Shown one piece after another: positions 16,266 to 26,156 of a DNA stretch of 64,000 nucleotides. Where the stretch lies: IMG/VR virus record IMGVR_UViG_3300048838_001809; one strand, given 5' to 3'. Every line of letters starts with the position of its first letter. Position 1 is the first letter of the stretch. The stretch comes from a virus. Below the pieces are notes generated by a model. The model was not told where the DNA came from. It worked only from the letters and a program-made list of their open reading frames with translations, and did not search any database. A program made the translations under genes and the position numbers.

Positions 16266-18127
16266 GCACCGTCAACTCGCCACCCGCTGAGATCAACCCA
16301 ATAGCCCTGGAAGCGGCAGCGATCGAGTTTCTGAAACGCAAGTGCCGCGCTGGCGACCCGTTCCCGCTGATCGCCCATATCTGGCCGTCGCTGATCGTCA
16401 CCGATCCAGCCGAAACAGGATTCTTCGAAGGCGAGCCCGGCAAGCCGCTCGACCCTTGCCTGTGCATCGACAACTGGCAGCGCGACATCATCCGATCTTT
16501 CTTCGACGACACGATCCGCGAGATTTTCATCAAAGGAAACACGAAGGCCGGCAAGGGCACGGCCGTCTCGATCGCCATCAATCTGTGGCTCTATGTTTGG
16601 GATGAATGCAAGATCATCCTCACGTCGACCAGCTACGAGCACTGCCAGAAAAACCTCTACGGCGAAGTGCTGATGTGGCGCAACACCGCAGCCGTCGACT
16701 TGCCAGGCGACGCCCTCACTGATGAAATCAAGTGCCACGAAACTCGCTACCTTGTCGTCCGCAACCCGTCGAGCGGCGAAGGCTTTTCAGGGCAACATGG
16801 GCCGCGTACTCTATTCGTGTTCGACGAGTCCTCGAACTGCCGCGGGCTGCTCTACGAGAACGCCCAGAAGCAGTTCCGCAAGATTGTGGCGCTGTCTAAT
16901 CCTCGCACGCTCTCTGGCTGGTTTTACAAGGGGTACGATCCATGTGTCGACCGGGATGTCACGCAGACAGTCGAGGGTGCGTTCGGTCTGAGGCGATGCG
17001 TCACTGTCGGCGGCCTCGACTGCTCCAATGTCAAGCGATCGCGACTCGAAACGCCTGTTGCGCCACCGAACGGCATCACGATCAAAGACCGCGTATTTCA
17101 GCCAAATGAACGCATCCCGGATGAATACTATGTTCACGTCCGGCCGCTGATCCCCAACCAATGCGATCTGGCTCGCTTCCAGGGCATCAGTCGCCATCTG
17201 GATCAGCGACACGTTGACATCTTCGCTCATGGCAAGTTTCCAACCGAAGACATCGAGAAGCAAGTCATCCTGGCCTCGTGGCTGCGGCGGCACCAGCAAG
17301 CGTGGAACTACGAGGCGATCGAGATCGAATGTTTCGCGGTCGACGTGGCCCGCTCGCTCTCCGGCGACAACACCGTCCTGGCCGTTGGCGGTTTACTGGG
17401 GCTCAAGGCGCTGCACACCTGGCAGAAGACGAGCACCACGGAGCATGCTGCGTACATCGTCCATCTGGTCAGCGAGACGTATGGCATCGACCTGACTAAG
17501 CACTGCCATCCCGTCGTGGTTGATACAGTCGGGCTGGGCGCCGGCACCGCCGACAAGCTCAAGGACATGGGCGTCTGGGTGATCGAGTTCATGGGCGGCG
17601 CGGCACCAAGCATGGAGCTGCGGGCCTATTACGGCAACCTGCGAGCCGAGTCCTATGGCACGCTCGGCCGCCGGCTCAACCCGGATGACCAGTGGGGCGA
17701 TACCGCCTGGATGCTGCCCGATGACGATGAGCTGGCCCAGGAATTATGTGCCCCGGAAAAGGTCTATTCCAGTAGCGGCGACAGCCTGCGATTCCTGCTG
17801 ACGCCAAAGGACCGTCATCCTGGTATGGCCGAGGACGCGCCGACTGTCCGCGAAAAGCTCGGTCGCTCGCCTGACAAGGGCGACGCCACGGTCATGCTGT
17901 TCCATGCCGTCCGCGAGCTGCATTCGCTCAATAGCCAGTTCGCCATGTACTCTGGCCCGCTCGTGTCGTGGCCGCCAGCGCCGGAGCACATCCAGCGACA
18001 GCGCGAGCGCGAAGGACAGCTTGACGAAAACGAAAATGACCTTGTAGCGTACCTGGAGCGAAACTACGGCCGCCGTTCCAGTGGAGGCAGCGATGTAAGG
18101 TCAATCATTAGCGACGAGAGTTGGTGA
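16262..18127 (+). CDS. Terminase large subunit.
   Basis: Walker A-like 'KGNTKAGKGT', Walker B 'LFVFDE', and a C-terminal RNaseH-like nuclease region ('VVDTVGLGAGTADKL'). 621 aa. Immediately upstream of the portal block. ATGA overlap. Confidence 0.8.
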   Translation: MSTVNSPPAEINPIALEAAAIEFLKRKCRAGDPFPLIAHIWPSLIVTDPAETGFFEGEPGKPLDPCLCIDNWQRDIIRSFFDDTIREIFIKGNTKAGKGTAVSIAINLWLYVWDECKIILTSTSYEHCQKNLYGEVLMWRNTAAVDLPGDALTDEIKCHETRYLVVRNPSSGEGFSGQHGPRTLFVFDESSNCRGLLYENAQKQFRKIVALSNPRTLSGWFYKGYDPCVDRDVTQTVEGAFGLRRCVTVGGLDCSNVKRSRLETPVAPPNGITIKDRVFQPNERIPDEYYVHVRPLIPNQCDLARFQGISRHLDQRHVDIFAHGKFPTEDIEKQVILASWLRRHQQAWNYEAIEIECFAVDVARSLSGDNTVLAVGGLLGLKALHTWQKTSTTEHAAYIVHLVSETYGIDLTKHCHPVVVDTVGLGAGTADKLKDMGVWVIEFMGGAAPSMELRAYYGNLRAESYGTLGRRLNPDDQWGDTAWMLPDDDELAQELCAPEKVYSSSGDSLRFLLTPKDRHPGMAEDAPTVREKLGRSPDKGDATVMLFHAVRELHSLNSQFAMYSGPLVSWPPAPEHIQRQREREGQLDENENDLVAYLERNYGRRSSGGSDVRSIISDESW

Positions 18128-18130
18128 TCT

Positions 18131-18319
18131 ATGTTGACGGAGAATGAAATCCACCTGATCCAGATGCTCGGCGACGCCTACTCTTGTTTTGTCAGTCTTG
18201 GCGACCACCATCCAGATGAGTGTAGTGAGTTCGCAACAAAGATACATGACCTGCAAAGACATGTCATGGCGCGAAGTGCCGAGAGAGAATACCCTACCAT
18301 CTTTGGCAAATGGACATGA
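18131..18319 (+). CDS. Hypothetical small protein.
   Basis: ORF in a lower-GC block. Confidence 0.35.
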   Translation: MLTENEIHLIQMLGDAYSCFVSLGDHHPDECSEFATKIHDLQRHVMARSAEREYPTIFGKWT

Positions 18320-18600
18320 CCCCGGAAGAACGACAGGAACGCGACTACTGCCGCAGCTTGCTTTTGGCCTGCCCGACGCCGCGCGATCGGTTGCCGTACA
18401 CGCCGGAGTTCGATGAGCTGCTTGGCCACTTCCGCCGCCGCTTTCCGAATCGCAAGATCACAGAGAATGAATTCTGGCGATTGCTCGCGTCGGCGGCCAA
18501 GCAAGGCTGGTTGGCTGGAAAGCGAGGCACAGCAACCACGATTGCGCATGATTCAAAGTACGAACGGCATGGCTTCTCAGTCACCGAACTAAAGCAATAG
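18310..18600 (+). CDS. Hypothetical protein.
   Basis: ORF. Confidence 0.4.
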   Translation: MDMTPEERQERDYCRSLLLACPTPRDRLPYTPEFDELLGHFRRRFPNRKITENEFWRLLASAAKQGWLAGKRGTATTIAHDSKYERHGFSVTELKQ

Positions 18601-18602
18601 CC

Positions 18603-18902
18603 ATGGGCGCAAAGCAACCAGAACCGCCGCCACCAGGCACGAAACCGGAGCCGCCGTTTTCGCCGCCGCCGCCCTCGCTTCGTACTTCCGAAGTAATGCG
18701 TATCGAGCTGGTGAACGCCCAAGTGTGCCGCATGAACTTACAGCCCGGCGATCGAGTGCTAGTTCGCGTCAGCTCGATGTTGACGAAAGAGCACCGCCAG
18801 GCGATTACTGATCAACTTCGCACTGCATGGGGCGATGACATTCGATTTGTGATCGCGGACCCGACGTTCGATTTCAGTATTATCAGTTCGGAGCAGAGAT
18901 GA
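18603..18902 (+). CDS. Hypothetical protein with a Pro-rich N-terminus.
   Basis: ORF. Confidence 0.4.
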   Translation: MGAKQPEPPPPGTKPEPPFSPPPPSLRTSEVMRIELVNAQVCRMNLQPGDRVLVRVSSMLTKEHRQAITDQLRTAWGDDIRFVIADPTFDFSIISSEQR

Positions 18903-19450
18903 ACAACGTTCGCCGATCTTTTTTTGGTCAGATTATTGGTGCGATCGCCGCCCTATTTGGATTGCCGGCGGCGTGCAGTGCTATATGCCAGACGCCACGT
19001 CGTAGCCTACTAAGAGCCGCTCAGCGAGAAAAACTGATGAACGCGATCGAAGACAACTATCGAGGTGGCAAGCTTCACAGCGATCCGATTATCCTTAGTG
19101 GCGGCCGGTTGCCATGGGAAATCTTATGCACGCTGGAAAACGGCAAGCAGTACGGTTATCGCTGGGTGGTCTGGGCCAAAACCCCAGAGGAAGCGATAGC
19201 AAAAGAGTATGTTCCGAAGATTCACGATCAGGTTGGCGACCGCCAGATTGCGTCAATTTCCGTTTCGCCAATGCACAATCTTCTTTGTAACTTGAATGGA
19301 GCGACTTGCGAGCGAACATGGCGAAAGATGATCGACCGAAAGTCGACAATTGACAAATGGGAAATCATCGCGCCGGAGACGCATCAATGGAACAGTGCTG
19401 CTGGAAAATGGGAAGTCATTTCAGTGGATCGCAGTGACACCGGGGGCTAA
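18899..19450 (+). CDS. Secreted protein with a twin-arginine-like signal.
   Basis: 'RRSFFGQIIGAIAALFGLPAACSA' at the N-terminus. ATGA overlap. Confidence 0.45.
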   Translation: MNNVRRSFFGQIIGAIAALFGLPAACSAICQTPRRSLLRAAQREKLMNAIEDNYRGGKLHSDPIILSGGRLPWEILCTLENGKQYGYRWVVWAKTPEEAIAKEYVPKIHDQVGDRQIASISVSPMHNLLCNLNGATCERTWRKMIDRKSTIDKWEIIAPETHQWNSAAGKWEVISVDRSDTGG

Positions 19451-19455
19451 AAGGC

Positions 19456-19857
19456 ATGTCACGCATGACATCCAAGTACAACCTGGGCTCAATGGATCGG
19501 TTCTACGATCACCATCGCAACGCGGTACTCTGTTCGTTCGCCACAGCACTGCACGACGGCCCTCGCCAGCGCTTCGAGTGGTTTATCTACTCCGATCAAC
19601 GCTCGCCTGCTGGCATGATTCGCGGCAAGCCTGCCGGCAATCCGCCGCGCAATACACTGCGAGTCTGCCCGATCATGGCACTTTGTATCTGTCATACAGG
19701 TGAACTGTCGTGCAAAGACCCGATTGCGGCCGGCGAAGTGCTTGGCATCAGTGACATCCTGGAAGACCTGTTGTTTGCCATCGACGAGGAGCCCTATAGC
19801 GATTTGGGAATGTATATCCAGTCCGCTCTCGGCATGTGCAAACGATTCCTCAAGTGA
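19456..19857 (+). CDS. Hypothetical protein.
   Basis: ORF. Confidence 0.4.
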   Translation: MSRMTSKYNLGSMDRFYDHHRNAVLCSFATALHDGPRQRFEWFIYSDQRSPAGMIRGKPAGNPPRNTLRVCPIMALCICHTGELSCKDPIAAGEVLGISDILEDLLFAIDEEPYSDLGMYIQSALGMCKRFLK

Positions 19858-19862
19858 GTTCC

Positions 19863-20123
19863 ATGCTCTACTGGCTTAACCGCATTTTCCTGTTACCACT
19901 GCGCCGGCTCGGCGATCAGTCGCTGGTGTTCGAGAATCGCCGTCTGTCGCAAGAAGTAGGCCGGCTAGAGCACGAAATCAGCATGCATGAATTGTCGCTC
20001 AAACGATTCGCTGCGCTGCATGAAATGAACATGGAGTTCATTGAAGCCAATCGAGCTTGGTTCTCTCGGCAGTCAGCCGAGCTGACGCAAGGCATATCCC
20101 GCATGGAGCAGCCGCAAGCATGA
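19863..20123 (+). CDS. Hypothetical coiled-coil protein.
   Basis: ATG 19863 chosen, directly after the upstream stop. Confidence 0.4.
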   Translation: MLYWLNRIFLLPLRRLGDQSLVFENRRLSQEVGRLEHEISMHELSLKRFAALHEMNMEFIEANRAWFSRQSAELTQGISRMEQPQA

Positions 20124-20356
20124 TCGAAATTATTCAGCCAGGGTCGCCAGTCTTAATTGGTGGCCACAGGAATCATCGCGAAAAGTCGGAATCAATTCCG
20201 GCAACTGTCATCGCCGTAATGATCGAGGAAAATCGGCATGTCACCTATAAATGCATCTGGTGGCAAGGTCGTGACCGCAAGGAATTGTGGCTCGAATCAA
20301 TTGAAGTCGAGCGCATGCCTGAAACTCAGCAACAGAAGATCGGTTTTTCGCAATGA
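20120..20356 (+). CDS. Hypothetical protein.
   Basis: ATGA overlap. Confidence 0.4.
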   Translation: MIEIIQPGSPVLIGGHRNHREKSESIPATVIAVMIEENRHVTYKCIWWQGRDRKELWLESIEVERMPETQQQKIGFSQ

Positions 20357-20655
20357 CCGACACAGAACGCATCGCCGCATTTGAGGGCGTCGGCCGCCGC
20401 CTCTGGCCCTTCGTTCGATTCTTTGGCCTCTCAGGAGCCTGCCCGGAAGCGATCGAGGCGATGAACGACCTGGGGCAGCTCATTGGTGTCGAGACGACGC
20501 AGCACGTCGACGCGGGCGACCTGGAAAAAGAGGCTTACAACCGCGCGATCGATGCCGTCAAAGAACTGTACGAGAAGCAATTCTTCCGCAAGATGTTGCG
20601 GCGAGAGTCTGAGCAATTTTTGGCGACACTCGAAGAGAGCCTGAAAATCAAGTGA
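20353..20655 (+). CDS. Hypothetical protein.
   Basis: ATGA overlap. Confidence 0.45.
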   Translation: MTDTERIAAFEGVGRRLWPFVRFFGLSGACPEAIEAMNDLGQLIGVETTQHVDAGDLEKEAYNRAIDAVKELYEKQFFRKMLRRESEQFLATLEESLKIK

Positions 20656-20815
20656 CCGATCGCCGTATTCGTCGCATCAAATCCCGCCGCGCCAAGCGGT
20701 TTCGGCAGGAAGCCAAAGCCGCCATCTGGTACGAAAACCTAGGCAGAAAGCGCTATTGCCCAGTAGATTGTCTCCGCGTCGGAAAACGACCGTGGTAACT
20801 CTATGGAGGTTCGTC

Positions 20816-21073
20816 GTGCATTACAGAAACGGGCGTGAAGCGAAGAACGGCGACAAGATCATCCAGCTTGGCGGGTACGGCAGCGGTCCAGTTCAGATTG
20901 TGGCCGCAGGTGTGCTTTATGACGCCACTCCCGGCAGCGACCACTGCAACGGCAACATCGCGCCGATTCAGCAGGCCATCACTGGCGCGTGTCTGTGCGA
21001 CTGCCTGCACATGGATGACGTGGCGGCGATGATCGCCGAAAAGGGTCTCGACAAGCGGCCGGAAGGCAAGTGA
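20816..21073 (+). CDS. Hypothetical protein.
   Basis: GTG start 6 nt after a GGAGG RBS. Contains a CxC / CNGN Cys motif. Confidence 0.4.
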   Translation: MHYRNGREAKNGDKIIQLGGYGSGPVQIVAAGVLYDATPGSDHCNGNIAPIQQAITGACLCDCLHMDDVAAMIAEKGLDKRPEGK

Positions 21074-21286
21074 TGTCCATCGGCAAGCCAATCGCTTGGA
21101 CCTGGACCAGGGACGGCCAATACCGCCCTTGCGTGTGGGAGTTAAGTCGCGCCGACCGAATTGCGATTGGGCTCGAATCCCCTCGCAATGTCGGCGGGCG
21201 GTTGCAGCGAAAAAGCCGACTACGAAAGAAGCGAACTAAGTGGCTCGATAGCTGAGATCGCCACAGCGGAGAATGGAAGCTCGCCG

Positions 21287-22852
21287 ATGAAGCTCGACAT
21301 GATCCTCTCGGACGCGCGGCGGCGCACTGACGAGTACCGCACGCTGTCTCTTAAGGCCGCCAGCGCCAGCGCGTCCGCTCGATCCGGCGGCACGTTCTAT
21401 TCGCAGCAGCACTCAAACGAGTTTGGCCGCCACCGCGAAACCGAGCATCACCGCGAGCAGTACAGGCACTTCCGCGGCTACGTCTACACCGCCATTCGTC
21501 CGATCGCCACACGCATCGCCCGCCAGGAATTCCGCGCTGGCACGATGCCGACCAGCCTGTCGCGGCAGACTGCCGGCCCGGAACGCACGAAGATGTTCCG
21601 CGAGCGCATGTATTGCATCCAGGCCGATCCGATTCTGCGCAAGACATTCCAGCGGGCGCCAGACTTCATCCGCAAGCAACTGGCCGAAGGAATGGAAGTT
21701 AATCACAACCATCCCATGCTGCGGGCGTTCGAGACGCCGAACGATCTGATGGAGCGATGGCACCTGTCATACTTCACCGCCGCCAGCGTGCAGCTCACCG
21801 GCAAGAGTTACTGGTATCTCGATGGCCCGGACGAAAATGGCGAAATGTCGATCTGGCCGTTCCCTGCCCACTGGGTTACTCCAGTCTTCGGCAGGCGCAC
21901 CACGATCGAGCGATGGGATGTCACGCCGACCGGGCAGACAAAGCCGATTCCGATTCCCGCCGATGACATGTGCTATTTCTATCTGCCGGACCCGGAAGAC
22001 CCGACCGGCGCTCTGTCGCCGCTGCAAGCCAATGCGTTTTCCGCCGTGCTTGGCGAGCACGTCCAGCGATCACAACTAGCCAGCTATCGCAATGGCCCCA
22101 AACCCGGCGTGGTCATCAAGGCTGGCCGCTTGCCTGGTCCCGATGGCCGCCCAATGGACCAGCGCCGCATTCTCAATCCGAAGCAGCGGCGGCAACTGAT
22201 CGATGCCGTCAAGTACGCTTACGCTGGCGTCGAGCACCACGGCGAGCCGGCCATCATCGACGGGTTGATCGAGGACATCTATCCCTGGACCAACTCGCCA
22301 GCCGAAATGGACTACATCAACACCGACACACACCTGGGCAAGCGGATCGATCGCGGCTACGGCGTATCGCCGATTTCGTCCGGCGAAATGGAGGCCAGCA
22401 GCTACGCCTCGTCGGCACTGGCTGACAACACGCTCTGCGCCAACGTGGTCAATCCGCAGATCGTGATGATGAGCCAGGTGATGACTCGCCGCTTCCGCAC
22501 CAAGTTTCCCAGCGACGGCGGCGACCTTTATGCCTGGATCGAAGAGTGCGAGCCGCACGATGCCGAAATGCACTTCGCCAAGATGCAATGGGCTGCACAG
22601 CTCGGCATCACCAGCGAGAACGACATCCGCGAATTCCTGAACATGGAGCCGTCGACCGACGAGCGGGCCAAGCAGCCGATGCGCGATGTCCAGGCCGAGC
22701 AGCAAGCCGCACAGGCTGAGCAGGCCCATGGCTTCAACATGGAACGTACCGAGCTTGTCATTGGGGCAAAGGAACAGCAGGCTAAGGCCGCCGCCAAGAA
22801 ACCGCCCGTGAAGAAGCGGGTACCGAAGGGCAAGGGGGGCAAGGCGACATGA
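21287..22852 (+). CDS. Portal protein.
   Basis: About 520 aa, directly between the terminase block and the head morphogenesis, protease and capsid genes. Basic KKPPVKKRVPKGKGG tail. No motif-level proof. Confidence 0.55.
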   Translation: MKLDMILSDARRRTDEYRTLSLKAASASASARSGGTFYSQQHSNEFGRHRETEHHREQYRHFRGYVYTAIRPIATRIARQEFRAGTMPTSLSRQTAGPERTKMFRERMYCIQADPILRKTFQRAPDFIRKQLAEGMEVNHNHPMLRAFETPNDLMERWHLSYFTAASVQLTGKSYWYLDGPDENGEMSIWPFPAHWVTPVFGRRTTIERWDVTPTGQTKPIPIPADDMCYFYLPDPEDPTGALSPLQANAFSAVLGEHVQRSQLASYRNGPKPGVVIKAGRLPGPDGRPMDQRRILNPKQRRQLIDAVKYAYAGVEHHGEPAIIDGLIEDIYPWTNSPAEMDYINTDTHLGKRIDRGYGVSPISSGEMEASSYASSALADNTLCANVVNPQIVMMSQVMTRRFRTKFPSDGGDLYAWIEECEPHDAEMHFAKMQWAAQLGITSENDIREFLNMEPSTDERAKQPMRDVQAEQQAAQAEQAHGFNMERTELVIGAKEQQAKAAAKKPPVKKRVPKGKGGKAT

Positions 22853-23415
22853 GCATGACGCTCGACCAGCTGCTTGGTAAAGCTGCCGCCAAGATCAGGG
22901 GAAACCTATGTCGCAAGCCGGCTGGGCGAACTGGTGGCGGCCAATTTACATCATGCGGCATCGGCGGCGCACCGCCAGCAACTGGCAGTAAACGCGAACT
23001 ATTGAACAATGTACCAATTAGCCACTATTCATGGGCCGGTCCAGGAGAAAAGTCGCAGCCATTCCCGGACAAAGAGGGCTTTTCTTATGTCGAACAAGCG
23101 TACTCTCAAATTGTTGCTGATATGCCGGAGAAGATGGCCAGTGCGATCAGCAGCCAGTTGGTTTCGATCGTTGTGCATGAAACATCAGAGGACATGAGCA
23201 AGGCGGTCGGCCTGAAAGGCGCACGTGCTGCTTACGATTCGTATATGGGTCGGGTGCATATAACAACACAGGGGCCATCTAAATTTTTTGATAGACGCGA
23301 TCAGATTGAATCGACCCTAGCGCACGAACTGTCGCATGCAGCAGACGTTATAAAAGCCGGGATGAGAAGCGGAGTGCAGATGCGTAGCGACAGTAGCGAC
23401 TGGAAGGCGGCGTAG
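22849..23415 (+). CDS. Hypothetical head-module protein with an HExxH motif.
   Basis: 'LAHELSHA' near the C-terminus. The N-terminal 'CRKPAGRTGGGQFTSCG' motif is shared with the next large gene. Its 3' half lies in an AT-rich segment. Confidence 0.5.
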   Translation: MSMTLDQLLGKAAAKIRGNLCRKPAGRTGGGQFTSCGIGGAPPATGSKRELLNNVPISHYSWAGPGEKSQPFPDKEGFSYVEQAYSQIVADMPEKMASAISSQLVSIVVHETSEDMSKAVGLKGARAAYDSYMGRVHITTQGPSKFFDRRDQIESTLAHELSHAADVIKAGMRSGVQMRSDSSDWKAA

Positions 23416-23561
23416 AAAAAGGAAGGCGAAAGGCTGTCTAAGTATGCAAAAACAAACCCAGCCGAAGGATTCGCTGAATTTGGACGAGCGGTGATTTTGG
23501 GTCTTGTCGACAAAAAAACATTCCCGTTGTCTTATGCCGCTTGGGAAAAATTCGGTCTACT

Positions 23562-24371
23562 ATGATTCTCACTGAATTATTCAACGTGCCTGTAACCAAG
23601 GACGGCAAGTTCGGGGATGCGTGGATTCAGCGAAAGCGATCCAGAAAGAAATCGCTGGAATCGCTGCTCAATGAAGCCACAGACCTACTCACCAAAGCCA
23701 ACGCCTGTCACTTGCCCGCAGGCCCGCGCGGCGGGCAGTTCTGCTCCGGCCGTGGCAGTGGTGGCAAGCGTGGGACTGCCGCTGCGAAACCTGCCGCCAA
23801 GGCGAAGCCGGCCGCCAAGGCGAAGCCGGCCGCCAAACCAAAGACCGCTGCGAAATCAGGGGCCTCGCGAGTTCCCGAACAAAAGCCGCTCACGTCGAAG
23901 GCCGAGCGGGCGAAGGCGACGTACAAGCCGTCGACAAAAGAGAAGCAGGCGTTCGCCGACAAAGTGGAAGCCATGATCGCTCGCAAGCTCGGCGCGAAGC
24001 GCACCGATGACAACAAGCCGATGGACAATACGATCAAGATCAACGGGAAGCTGCACGGCGTTGAAGTCAAAGCGATGGTCGACAATAAGAACGGCAAAGT
24101 GACAGTCCACCCGGAGAGCAACCAGCGCAAAAAAGAATGGGCTGGCGGCAAGAGGCCAACGCACCTGATCATCTATGATGGGCAAAAAGAATTCTCCGGC
24201 GGCAAGAACGCGCATCAGTATACTGGGCACAATCTGTATTACTGCCGGGGGACGGGTGCGTTTCGCGCGAAGGCCCAATACAAAGCCAAGAGCGTAGCCG
24301 AAATCAAAAAGCTCATGGCCCTGAGCGATTCCGAATTTGAAGCACTTAAGCGAAAGCAGCGCGGCAAATGA
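23562..24371 (+). CDS. Lys/Ala-repeat (AKPAAK) protein that shares the GGQF motif.
   Basis: 'CHLPAGPRGGQFCSGRGSGG' followed by 'AAKPAAKAKPAAKAKPAAKPKTAAK' repeats. ATG 23562 preferred over the track's TTG at 23541. Confidence 0.5.
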   Translation: MILTELFNVPVTKDGKFGDAWIQRKRSRKKSLESLLNEATDLLTKANACHLPAGPRGGQFCSGRGSGGKRGTAAAKPAAKAKPAAKAKPAAKPKTAAKSGASRVPEQKPLTSKAERAKATYKPSTKEKQAFADKVEAMIARKLGAKRTDDNKPMDNTIKINGKLHGVEVKAMVDNKNGKVTVHPESNQRKKEWAGGKRPTHLIIYDGQKEFSGGKNAHQYTGHNLYYCRGTGAFRAKAQYKAKSVAEIKKLMALSDSEFEALKRKQRGK

Positions 24372-24721
24372 GTTACTACGCAATCATCGACGACCGGGTG
24401 GCCGACAAGATCGCCACGACGCGCGGCTATAGCGACCTGGGAAAGTGGATCGACACGCTCTCCGTCGAAGACCACGGCGAGCTGATCCATGTCCGCGAGC
24501 ATGGCTGGTCGCAGCAAGTCATGTCGCTCATTCAGCAGCTTGGCAAGGCGCTGCGCGACGCGCCGCCAACGAACAACTCGGTTCTCACGACGGCGCGCGG
24601 GCTGCTCAAGACGATCCGCGATGCCAAGCCGACCGCCGACAGTGTACTCGTCATTTCCGACGGCGCAGACGGCGAACTGCCTGGCGATGACACCCCAAAG
24701 GATGATTGGTCGCAATACTGA
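24368..24721 (+). CDS. Hypothetical protein.
   Basis: ATGA overlap. Confidence 0.45.
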   Translation: MSYYAIIDDRVADKIATTRGYSDLGKWIDTLSVEDHGELIHVREHGWSQQVMSLIQQLGKALRDAPPTNNSVLTTARGLLKTIRDAKPTADSVLVISDGADGELPGDDTPKDDWSQY

Positions 24722-24722
24722 C

Positions 24723-25310
24723 ATGCCCGCGGTTCACGGTCGGACCACACTCGAAGCGGCTATGGAAGCCGCAGCTTACAAGGCCCTCTCGGTGCAGCGC
24801 CGCGCCGTCAACGCGCAGCTCGCCAGTGGCGCCGGGCTAACTAGTGCGTTCTGGGCCGAGCAAGAAATCAAGCTCGCCTCGCGATTGCAATCCGCGCTGG
24901 CCAGCACCTACCAGCGAGCGCACCGCAGTTTCCGCTCGCAGTTCGATCTGGCCGGCGACTCGCAAGCCGCCGCGCAAGTCTGGGCTACCAACTACTCGAA
25001 AAACCTGGCCGGGTTACTGACGGTTCACACCAGCAATCTGCTGGCCAAGCCGACCGAAAACGATCTGCAAGTCCGCTCGCTATTCCAGCAGGCTTTCGGC
25101 CGCGGGCGGGCGCAGACGATCGCGATTACCGAAGTCACGCAAGCCTGGACCGATGCCGAAACGTCGCTGGCGATCCCGCTGGGGCTGAAGGCGATCTGGC
25201 GGGCGACCGGGAAGTCGTGCAGCGAGTGCCTGGAGCGAAATGCCAAGCCTTTTAAGGGCCGGGGGCCGCCCCTGCATCCCCGCTGCGATTGTTTCGTGCA
25301 GTGGCTGTGA
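24723..25310 (+). CDS. Mu gpF / SPP1 gp7-like head morphogenesis protein (C-terminal domain).
   Basis: 'ITEVTQAWTD' and a terminal '...HPRCDCFVQ' match the F-like family's conserved C-terminal Cys motif. Confidence 0.5.
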   Translation: MPAVHGRTTLEAAMEAAAYKALSVQRRAVNAQLASGAGLTSAFWAEQEIKLASRLQSALASTYQRAHRSFRSQFDLAGDSQAAAQVWATNYSKNLAGLLTVHTSNLLAKPTENDLQVRSLFQQAFGRGRAQTIAITEVTQAWTDAETSLAIPLGLKAIWRATGKSCSECLERNAKPFKGRGPPLHPRCDCFVQWL

Positions 25311-25365
25311 AAAATTCCCGTGCGCGAACCGTTGACCGATCTTCGACACCACACCTAGCATCATC

Positions 25366-25548
25366 ATGGCAAAAGAAAAGGAAATGTCGCCCGAAGACCG
25401 CTTGCGGGCAGCGATGGACCTGATTAAAGTCCTCGCCACTCCGCAACGCAAGCTGGCTGTAGCCGGCCAAGTCCGGGCGACCTTTCACTACAACTCGCGC
25501 GGCGAACTGTGCAAGGCGCAAGTTGAAGACGATCTGCAAATAACCTGA
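25366..25548 (+). CDS. Small hypothetical protein.
   Basis: 60-aa ORF followed by a terminator. Confidence 0.3.
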   Translation: MAKEKEMSPEDRLRAAMDLIKVLATPQRKLAVAGQVRATFHYNSRGELCKAQVEDDLQIT

Positions 25549-25573
25549 TTCAGCCGCGGCGATCACCACCACT

Positions 25574-25618
25574 AAGCCCCGGTCGAACATTCGCGTTCGA
25601 TACGGGGCTTTTCGTTTT
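25574..25618 (+). terminator. Rho-independent terminator.
   Basis: aagccccggtcgaac / gttcgatacggggctt imperfect stem, followed by ttcgtttt. Confidence 0.5.
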
Positions 25619-25636
25619 AACTGTCGGAGAAAACAC

Positions 25637-26098
25637 ATGAACGCTCATGGCTCGATGTACATCACTGGCGGCTCGACGAACTTCAACGCTCGCGCCACCG
25701 GCCGCAAGGTGACTGGCTGGTCCGCCAATGCCGTCAGCCGTCATGGTCGCAATGACGTGGAAATCGATACGGCCAACAGCCGGCTCACCGCCAACACTCC
25801 CGGTCAGTACATCGTTTCCGCGCAGCTCACTGGCGAGCTGGACGACCTGTCGGGCACGTCGGGCGACGCCGCGGGCCAGGTGGGCATCGCGCTGGCCAAG
25901 AACGGCACGATCGTCACTGGCACCAAGGCACTGATGAACCACACGGCGGTCGACTTGCCGCAGAGCCTGTCGATCTGCAACTGGCCGCTGGAACTGGCCA
26001 TCGACGATTACGTCGAACTGATGGTCATCGCTGTCGATGCTTCGGGCAACGACGTGACGGTCAAGGAGGCCCAGTTGTCGATGGTTAAGGTCAACTAA
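25637..26098 (+). CDS. Hypothetical head-associated protein.
   Basis: Gly/Thr/Ala-rich and beta-rich composition. Lies between head morphogenesis and protease genes. Confidence 0.45.
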   Translation: MNAHGSMYITGGSTNFNARATGRKVTGWSANAVSRHGRNDVEIDTANSRLTANTPGQYIVSAQLTGELDDLSGTSGDAAGQVGIALAKNGTIVTGTKALMNHTAVDLPQSLSICNWPLELAIDDYVELMVIAVDASGNDVTVKEAQLSMVKVN

Positions 26099-26156
26099 CC
26101 GAGTTGGCCGCCGGGAGCGATTGGACTGAACGCTGGCCAGTAGGTGAGTCGCACAA

